Below, one piece after another: positions 40,226 to 46,247 of a stretch of 46,247 bases of DNA (positions within the stretch are counted from its first letter, which is position 1; each line of letters opens with the position of its first letter). The stretch spans positions 1 to 46,247 of the forward strand of contig CAIPQX010000007.1 of NCBI GenBank assembly GCA_903867285.1, written 5' to 3'. The translations under genes were made by a program, and so were the position numbers. The stretch comes from an uncultured Actinomycetes bacterium (GTDB lineage Bacteria; Actinomycetota; Actinomycetes; Nanopelagicales; Nanopelagicaceae). The notes beneath the pieces were generated by a model. It was not told the origin of the DNA. It saw only the letters and a program-made list of their open reading frames with translations, and ran no database searches.

Positions 40226-41016
40226 TGTCACTCGATTCAGCACCAGTACTTGAAGCGAAAAATATCTCGGTTGAGTTTGGCGGCCTGAAAGCCGTTGAAG
40301 ATGTCTCTTTCGAAATTCCCGATCGCAGCGTGGTTAGCCTTATCGGGCCCAACGGTGCCGGCAAGACGACCTTCTTCAATGTTTTGACGGGTCTCTATAA
40401 GCCAACTTCCGGATTTGTCATATATAACGGCGAAGACATCACTGGAGTCGTTCCCCATGTGATTGCCGCAAAAGGAGTCGCGCGTACCTTCCAGAATATT
40501 CGTCTCTTCGGTCTCATGACCGCAGAAGAGAATGTTATGGTTGCAATGCATTCACACCTTAAGGCAGGAATTATCGGAACCATTATTGGGTCTCCGCTGC
40601 AACGTCGCGAGGAGCGAGAGGCACGAGAAGAAGCTCGTGCTCTACTTTCTTTCGTGGGAATCGGCAAGACAGCTCCTGAGTTTGCCCGCAATCTCTCATA
40701 CGGCGATCAGCGCCGGCTCGAGGTAGCGCGCGCACTCGCGCTTCGTCCTAAAGTTCTTCTTCTCGATGAACCAACAGCTGGCATGAACCCGCAAGAGTCA
40801 GCAGTCTTCGTTGATTTCGTTCACAAGGTACGCGATGAGAAGAATTTGGCTATCTTGTTGATCGAGCACGATATGTCCGTTGTCATGAAGGTCTCAGAGC
40901 GCATCACTGTTTTGGATCGCGGCATGAAGATCGCAGAAGGATCACCAGCCGACATTAAATCCAACCCTCGCGTGATCGAGGCCTATCTCGGTAAATCTGC
41001 GGAGGTCAACAAATAA
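40225..41016 (+). CDS. livG: Branched-chain amino acid ABC transporter ATP-binding protein (LivG type)
   Basis: Walker A GPNGAGKTT, signature YGDQRRLEVARAL, Walker B LLLDEPTAGM. TAATG overlap with livM. Confidence 0.93.
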   Translation: MSLDSAPVLEAKNISVEFGGLKAVEDVSFEIPDRSVVSLIGPNGAGKTTFFNVLTGLYKPTSGFVIYNGEDITGVVPHVIAAKGVARTFQNIRLFGLMTAEENVMVAMHSHLKAGIIGTIIGSPLQRREEREAREEARALLSFVGIGKTAPEFARNLSYGDQRRLEVARALALRPKVLLLDEPTAGMNPQESAVFVDFVHKVRDEKNLAILLIEHDMSVVMKVSERITVLDRGMKIAEGSPADIKSNPRVIEAYLGKSAEVNK

Positions 41017-41720
41017 TGCTTAAAGTAGAAAATATTCAAGTCTCCTATGGAAATATCAAGGCCATCAAGGGAATCTCGCTTGAAGTAAATAAAGGCGAGA
41101 TCGTGACCTTGATCGGCTCCAATGGCGCCGGAAAATCAACAACACTGCGCGCTATCTCTGGTCTTCTAAAACTCAAGGGTGGGTCTATCACCTTTGAAGG
41201 CGAGCGGATCGATGGAAAAGAAGGACATGAGGTCGTCGCCAAAGGTATTTGTCAGTCACCTGAAGGGCGTCGTATTTTTCCTCGCATGACTGTCTCCGAA
41301 AATCTTGATCTCGGTGCTTTCCTGCGTAATGACAAAGAGGGAATCGCAACGGATCGCGAACGCGTTCTCGAGCTCTTTCCACGTTTAGCAGAGCGAATCA
41401 CTCAGAAAGCCGGAACCATGAGTGGTGGAGAACAGCAGATGTTGGCGGTGGGTCGCGCACTAATGGGCAATCCAACCTTGCTTCTGCTCGATGAGCCTTC
41501 CATGGGTTTAGCCCCCGTCTTGGTTGATATGATCTTCGAGACGATCACCAAGATCAATCAGCAGGGAACGACAATTCTGCTGGTCGAGCAGAATGCACTG
41601 GCTGCCTTAAACGTTGCGCACCGCGCCTATGTACTGGAATCAGGCAATATCAAACTGAGCGGCAATGCAAAAGAGTTGATCTCGGATCCAGCAGTAACAA
41701 AGGCTTACCTCGGAGGTTGA
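41016..41720 (+). CDS. livF: Branched-chain amino acid ABC transporter ATP-binding protein (LivF type)
   Basis: Walker A GSNGAGKST, signature SGGEQQMLAVGRAL, Walker B LLLDEPSMGL. TAATG overlap with livG. Confidence 0.93.
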   Translation: MLKVENIQVSYGNIKAIKGISLEVNKGEIVTLIGSNGAGKSTTLRAISGLLKLKGGSITFEGERIDGKEGHEVVAKGICQSPEGRRIFPRMTVSENLDLGAFLRNDKEGIATDRERVLELFPRLAERITQKAGTMSGGEQQMLAVGRALMGNPTLLLLDEPSMGLAPVLVDMIFETITKINQQGTTILLVEQNALAALNVAHRAYVLESGNIKLSGNAKELISDPAVTKAYLGG

Positions 41721-41723
41721 GAA

Positions 41724-42128
41724 CTACTTATCGTTGAGAATAAGGCTGGTGATGCGCGCCGTACAGGTTCGCTCGCCAGCCTCATTTGTTATAACGATCT
41801 CATAGCAAGCGAGGGTCCGACCGAGTGAAACGGGAGTTGCCACGCCGGTGACAATGCCGGTGCTCGCTGATTTATGGTGCGTGGCATTAATGTCAACACC
41901 TACGGTGCGCTTGGAGCCACCGGCATGTAGCCAGGCGCCTAACGATCCCAATAATTCTGCAAGTACGACATTTGCGCCACCGTGAAGGAGGCCAAAGGCT
42001 TGGGTATTTGTTTCGACGGGCATGGTGCCAACGATCCGTTCGGGGGAGGCTTCAATAATCTTGATACCCATCTTGTGATCCAGAGCCCCGATGCCGCGTT
42101 CGTTAATCATTTTTAGATAGTCGGTCAT
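41724..42128 (-). CDS. PaaI/YbdB-family hotdog-fold acyl-CoA thioesterase
   Basis: 134 aa. LHGGANVVLAELLGS and the overall PaaI-like pattern (MGIKIIEASPERIVGTMPV...). Confidence 0.8.
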   Translation of the reverse strand: MTDYLKMINERGIGALDHKMGIKIIEASPERIVGTMPVETNTQAFGLLHGGANVVLAELLGSLGAWLHAGGSKRTVGVDINATHHKSASTGIVTGVATPVSLGRTLACYEIVITNEAGERTCTARITSLILNDK

Positions 42129-42145
42129 GGCGTTATCTTAACGCC
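42129..42145. promoter_or_regulatory. 17-bp palindrome GGCGTTA-TCT-TAACGCC abutting the thioesterase start codon; contains a minus-strand TAAGAT -10 candidate (42135..42140)
   Basis: The minus strand reads ggcgt-TAAGAT-aacgcc-ATG, i.e. TANNNT-N6-ATG. The palindrome arms are perfect 7-mers. Confidence 0.4.
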
Positions 42146-42163
42146 GCGCACACAAAATCACCC

Positions 42164-42169
42164 TAGAAT
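42164..42169 (+). promoter_or_regulatory. Candidate -10 box TAGAAT, 7 nt upstream of the polA ATG (predicted leaderless start)
   Basis: Sequence ccc-TAGAAT-catagga-ATG, within a 48-nt divergent intergenic region. Confidence 0.35.
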
Positions 42170-42176
42170 CATAGGA

Positions 42177-44741
42177 ATGAAACGGTTACTACTTATCGAT
42201 GGTCATTCCATGGCCTATCGCGCCTTCTATGCGCTCCCCGTCGAGAACTTTCGTAGTAGCAAAGGCCAGCCCACCAATGCCGTTTACGGCTTTGGCTCGA
42301 TGTTGGTAAACCTCATCTCTAATGAGAAACCCACGCACATCGCCGTCGCCTTTGATGTCTCACGTAAAACTTTCCGCACCGAGATGTTTCCCGAGTACAA
42401 GGCAACGCGCGCTGCGACTCCCGATGAGTTTCGCTCGCAGCTTTCTTACATCAATGAGATGGTCGATGCGCTGGGCATTAAGCGCTTTGCGATAGAGGGC
42501 TTTGAAGCCGATGACATCTTGGCAACGCTCTCGACGCGGGCAGTTGAAGATGGATGCGAGGTCCTCATCTGCTCGGGGGATCGCGACTCATTCCAACTTG
42601 TCACCTCGCAGATAACAGTTCTCTATCCCAAGAAAGGCGTCACCGAGATGAACCGGATGACGCCTGATGCAGTCTTTGAAAAATATGGACTTACCCCGCT
42701 GCAGTACCCAGACTTTGCTGCCTTGCGTGGAGACCCGAGTGATAATTTGCCATCCGTGCCAGGAGTGGGCGAGAAAACAGCAACGAAGTGGATCGCGGAT
42801 TTCGGATCATTATCTGCGCTGACCGACGCTATTGATTCCATCCCGGGGAAGGTGGGAGATTCGCTCCGTTCTAACATTGCTCTTGTTCTGCTCAATCGCG
42901 AGCTCACCTCACTGCGCCATGACTTAGCCATTGATACCTCGATTGCTGATCTGACCTGGTCCGGTCCAGAGTTCGCACAGGTCGATACCCTGCTCGATAC
43001 TCTGGAAATTAAGGCGCTCAAAGATCGCATTCATGCCTTAGGTGGAACTGCTCCTAAGGCCACACCCGTGCAAGCTGCCTCAGAAATTTCGACGATATCG
43101 GGTGACGAATTAGCAGCGAAACTCCAGAAGCGCACAGATCCGGTCGCACTCTTTTCGACGGGTCGATTGTGCGATGGCGGTTTCTCAGTAGCTCTTTCAG
43201 CCCAGGAGATATACAAAGTTGATGATCCTGCGGGGGATTGGATACTTGACGCTGCGCTTCCAAAATGGGTGCATGGAGCGAAGCGAGCCCTGCGCGATGA
43301 AGAGATATCAGGCATCGTTTTCGATACCGAGTTAGCGGCCTATTTGATCAACCCTGGAGGCAGGAATCTGGAACTTACAGATCTAGCGCAGCGCTTTCTC
43401 GAGGTTTCCATCCCTGAAATGAGCGACGATCTCTTCTCCACTTTTAATCCAGTTCTTGCTGGAACTATCTTTGAGTTAGTGCCTTTGCTTCGTCAAGAGA
43501 TGTCAGATCGTCAACTCATCGATCTTTACAACGATCTTGAGATGCCTACAGCCTTTGAGCTGGCCGATATGGAGCGCCTAGGAATAGCTGTCGATAAACC
43601 GAAGTTGGAGACGTTACGTACCTTCTTCACGAAGGAGGTTGAACGCGAGACTGCAGCTGCGCATAAAGTAGCAGGGCATGAATTTAATATTGGTTCACCC
43701 AAACAACTTCAGGTAGTTCTCTTCGATGAGCTACAACTTCCTAAGACCAAGAAGATCAAGACTGGTTTTACCACTGATGCTGAAAGTCTTGAGTGGCTGG
43801 CTGCGAAGACCGGCCATCCGATTCTGGCTCACCTCCTTCGTATCCGCGAGACAAGCAAATTGCTCACAACGGTCGATGGATTGCTGACCGCCATTGCAGA
43901 TGATGGGCGAATCCACACCACATTTCAGCAGACCGTGGCGGCAACTGGGCGCCTCTCATCAACCGACCCCAACCTTCAAAATATTCCCGTTCGCACCGAA
44001 GAGGGTCGACGTATTCGTGATTGTTTTGTAGCAGCCGCTCCTTATATCAGTCTCATGACCGCTGACTACAGCCAGATTGAGATGCGTATCATGGCTCACC
44101 TCTCCAAAGATGCGGGTCTGATCGCTGCATTCAAGAGCGGGGAAGATCTGCACAGCACCGTAGGAGCTCAAGTTTTTGGCGTCTCTGTCCATGATGTGGA
44201 TCCAGAGATGCGCCGGCAAATCAAGGCGATGTCGTACGGACTTGCCTATGGCTTATCCGCTTACGGGTTAGCGCAGCAACTTAACCTTTCACCAGGTGAT
44301 GCGCAGGAGCTGATGCATCAATACTTTAAACGCTTCGGCGGAATTCAAGATTATTTGAAGATAGTGGTGGAGGAAGCGCGCGCCAAGGGATATACCGAAA
44401 CCATCTTGGGAAGAAGACGTTATCTTCCAGACCTTTCGAGTGACAATAGGCAGCGTCGCGAAGTTGCCGAACGTATGGCGCTCAACGCGCCTATTCAAGG
44501 GTCAGCTGCGGACATCATTAAAGTGGCGATGCTCAATGTTGCTCGAGTTTTAAAGGAAGAGAATTACAAATCGCGCTTGCTACTGCAGGTGCACGATGAA
44601 CTCATCTTCGACATTGCGATCGGCGAAGAGGATCGATTATCGGAAATGGTGCGTCGGGAAATGGAGAGCGCTGTAAAACTCTCGCTTCCGCTCTCGGTCA
44701 ATATTGGCACTGGCTTGAGTTGGGACTTAGCGGCCCACTAA
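42177..44741 (+). CDS. polA: DNA polymerase I (5' nuclease plus degenerate 3'-5' exonuclease-like plus polymerase domains)
   Basis: 854 aa. LLLIDGHSMAYRAFYA and GFEADD (5' nuclease). Motif A DYSQIEMRIMAH, motif B RRQIKAMSYGLAYG, motif C LLQVHDELIF. Confidence 0.97.
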   Translation: MKRLLLIDGHSMAYRAFYALPVENFRSSKGQPTNAVYGFGSMLVNLISNEKPTHIAVAFDVSRKTFRTEMFPEYKATRAATPDEFRSQLSYINEMVDALGIKRFAIEGFEADDILATLSTRAVEDGCEVLICSGDRDSFQLVTSQITVLYPKKGVTEMNRMTPDAVFEKYGLTPLQYPDFAALRGDPSDNLPSVPGVGEKTATKWIADFGSLSALTDAIDSIPGKVGDSLRSNIALVLLNRELTSLRHDLAIDTSIADLTWSGPEFAQVDTLLDTLEIKALKDRIHALGGTAPKATPVQAASEISTISGDELAAKLQKRTDPVALFSTGRLCDGGFSVALSAQEIYKVDDPAGDWILDAALPKWVHGAKRALRDEEISGIVFDTELAAYLINPGGRNLELTDLAQRFLEVSIPEMSDDLFSTFNPVLAGTIFELVPLLRQEMSDRQLIDLYNDLEMPTAFELADMERLGIAVDKPKLETLRTFFTKEVERETAAAHKVAGHEFNIGSPKQLQVVLFDELQLPKTKKIKTGFTTDAESLEWLAAKTGHPILAHLLRIRETSKLLTTVDGLLTAIADDGRIHTTFQQTVAATGRLSSTDPNLQNIPVRTEEGRRIRDCFVAAAPYISLMTADYSQIEMRIMAHLSKDAGLIAAFKSGEDLHSTVGAQVFGVSVHDVDPEMRRQIKAMSYGLAYGLSAYGLAQQLNLSPGDAQELMHQYFKRFGGIQDYLKIVVEEARAKGYTETILGRRRYLPDLSSDNRQRREVAERMALNAPIQGSAADIIKVAMLNVARVLKEENYKSRLLLQVHDELIFDIAIGEEDRLSEMVRREMESAVKLSLPLSVNIGTGLSWDLAAH

Positions 44742-45922
44742 GTGACTGCGTGACTCCGATCAAAGGGCTGCAACCATCTCTGCCCCGCCATGATGAGGAT
44801 GAATCCGGTACCGAACATGAACGTGGTGATTCCAAAGCAATAATGTGGACCGAAGTGCTGCGAGATAAAGCCACCACTGGATTGACCGAGCGCTGCGAAT
44901 GTTCCTTCTGTGGTCCAGAGCCAGCCGATAGCAGCAGCTCCACTTCCAAATGGACGGATAACTTCTAACTGTTCCAAGTAGAACACCTGCTCCGCGCCCC
45001 CTATGAAGCCGAAGAGCGATAAAACGAGTAGAAGTGACCACCCGGGATTAACAAAGGCGAAGGGAATAGTGGTGAGGAACCAGAAGAGATAAATAATTCG
45101 AAATCCCTTAACTGGTGAGATATGGCGGCCCAGCGCACCTGCGATAAGACTGCCGAAAATGGAGAGAGCTGCCGTTGTTCCAAAGGCTAGTCCAGCGAAT
45201 CGTGGTTGATTCTGCAGAGAGCTGATTGCGGGTATCGCGATTTGATAAGTACCGCTGCCGAAACCGATAAGCACGCCCTCGGCAATTAATAATCTGAATC
45301 CTGGAGTACTCAGCAGTGTCTGCCCACCGCTTTCACGTTTCTCGGCTCGCCACTCCTTGGTGAACTTGAGGGATGAGAGCGCAATTCCGCCAATTAATAT
45401 TAAGCAAGCCGTGATTATTAGTCCGCTAGCGGGATGTCCAGACAGCGCCAAGGTTGTTGCAAGAGCTGGTCCGAGTACGACTCCGAGATTCATCGAAGCG
45501 GTATCAATTGCGATGGCGGTTCGATATTGATCTTCTGGAACTGCGGTACGCCACATAGGACGAACCGCGAGGTTTATCGGGGGAGCGGTGAATCCGAGGA
45601 TTCCGGCAAAGACAACTAAAAGTGTGGCGCCGTGACAGGCGGAGAGCGAGGCGAGTGCAATGGCATAACCTGGAACGAAGACCCGTAGCGGAATTTTCAG
45701 TCCCATGCGATCTATTGCGGCAGCGCGCAGACCAGTAGTTAAAGAACCGACAACGCCATTAACTCCAGCGGCTAGGCCGGCCAGAGCGATGGAATGAGTG
45801 TCGTCGTGGACTTTGAAGTAGATATCCAGACCAACCATGCCGTAAGCCAGACGGGCAGGAAAAGCCGCCAGCATCATCGCCAGCGCCCTGGGATTCCGCA
45901 AAATCACCCAATATGCCCGCAC
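44738..45922 (-). CDS. MFS-family transporter
   Basis: 394 aa, about 12 hydrophobic segments, with basic loops between TM2 and TM3 (AAIDRMGLK). GTG start. Substrate unknown. Confidence 0.75.
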   Translation of the reverse strand: MRAYWVILRNPRALAMMLAAFPARLAYGMVGLDIYFKVHDDTHSIALAGLAAGVNGVVGSLTTGLRAAAIDRMGLKIPLRVFVPGYAIALASLSACHGATLLVVFAGILGFTAPPINLAVRPMWRTAVPEDQYRTAIAIDTASMNLGVVLGPALATTLALSGHPASGLIITACLILIGGIALSSLKFTKEWRAEKRESGGQTLLSTPGFRLLIAEGVLIGFGSGTYQIAIPAISSLQNQPRFAGLAFGTTAALSIFGSLIAGALGRHISPVKGFRIIYLFWFLTTIPFAFVNPGWSLLLVLSLFGFIGGAEQVFYLEQLEVIRPFGSGAAAIGWLWTTEGTFAALGQSSGGFISQHFGPHYCFGITTFMFGTGFILIMAGQRWLQPFDRSHAVT

Positions 45923-45929
45923 GTAGAGC

Positions 45930-45935
45930 AGTCTA
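45930..45935 (-). promoter_or_regulatory. Candidate -10 box TAGACT (minus strand), 7 nt upstream of the MFS GTG start
   Basis: The minus strand reads ggga-TAGACT-gctctac-GTG. No SD is present. Confidence 0.3.
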
Positions 45936-46045
45936 TCCCGCGTGAAAGACAGCCGGTTTGACCCTCAATCTGAGCGTAAGTACCCTTAGCCTCTCGCACG
46001 CCGTGCGATTTTTACTACCTCTACTTTCTATCCCTACGGAGCAAA

Positions 46046-46247
46046 TTGAGCACTATTCACGCAGTAAATGACATTGGCAGCGCGGAAGATTTTCTAGCCG
46101 CAATCGAAGGCACAATCAAGAATTTCAATGATGGAGATCTAGTCTCAGGAATCGTTGTTCAGATTGATCGCGAAGAAGTACTCCTTGATATTGGTTACAA
46201 GACCGAAGGTGTAATTCCATCTCGCGAACTTTCAATTCGTCACGATA
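46046..46247 (+). CDS. rpsA: 30S ribosomal protein S1 (3' end outside window)
   Basis: Not in the ORF track. TTG 46046 is the first start-type codon after the in-frame TAA at 45977, with GGAG 4 nt upstream. Translation (M)STIHAVNDIGSAEDFLAAIEGTIKNFNDGDLVSGIVVQIDREEVLLDIGYKTEGVIPSRELSIRHD matches the actinobacterial S1 N-terminus. Confidence 0.9.
   Translation, partial: MSTIHAVNDIGSAEDFLAAIEGTIKNFNDGDLVSGIVVQIDREEVLLDIGYKTEGVIPSRELSIRHD

Noticed and set aside
1-46247. Mobile elements, CRISPR arrays, prophage, toxin-antitoxin or defence islands
   Set aside because: No repeat-spacer periodicity, terminal inverted repeats, or transposase, integrase or nuclease-like ORFs were seen. Every sizeable ORF has a housekeeping assignment, and gene order follows the conserved actinobacterial core.

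Overview
The window is a densely packed, almost entirely co-directional stretch of core chromosome. Its gene order matches the conserved Actinomycetota backbone known from Streptomyces and Mycobacterium. In order: the end of the dcw cluster (murG', murC, ftsQ, ftsZ, pgeF/ylmD, yggS/ylmE, sepF, yggT); ileS (minus strand); a DksA/TraR zinc-finger protein, lspA, rluD, dnaE; a fused his-trp block (hisD-C-B-H, priA/hisA, hisF, hisI, trpE, a 51-aa ORF, trpC-B-A); a DsbA-like protein, lgt, a VIT1-family transporter; gltB, gltD, pyk; one tRNA; the ANTAR response regulator pdtaR; a livK-H-M-G-F type ABC transporter; a PaaI-type thioesterase (minus); polA; an MFS transporter (minus); and the start of rpsA. 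GC content looks moderate by eye, well below classical high-GC actinomycetes. Compaction is extreme, with many ATGA/TAATG/8-nt start-stop overlaps and convergent genes whose stop codons touch or overlap. This suggests a streamlined actinobacterial lineage, which is inference only. I found no rRNA, CRISPR array, IS/transposase, integrase, phage or defence-type genes, and I cannot honestly point to a clearly novel multi-gene system. The points most worth a second look are: (1) a 73-nt tRNA with a Leu-type D-arm, A73 and anticodon CAA but only a 5-nt variable loop, ending 1 nt before the pdtaR start codon; (2) a recurrent TANNNT-N6/7-start-codon arrangement at SD-less genes, which predicts widespread leaderless transcripts, including promoters internal to operons; (3) an unlisted 51-aa membrane ORF translationally coupled between trpE and trpC; (4) no divIVA in its conserved slot; (5) a histone-like Lys/Ala-rich tail on the DksA/TraR protein; (6) a long structured leader between pdtaR and the liv operon. 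Several longest-ORF starts in the supplied track are probably too far upstream (priA, trpE, gltB, gltD, rluD, possibly hisD). Non-ATG starts are frequent: GTG for ftsZ, dnaE, hisI, gltB, gltD, livH and the MFS gene; TTG for hisH, lgt and rpsA.
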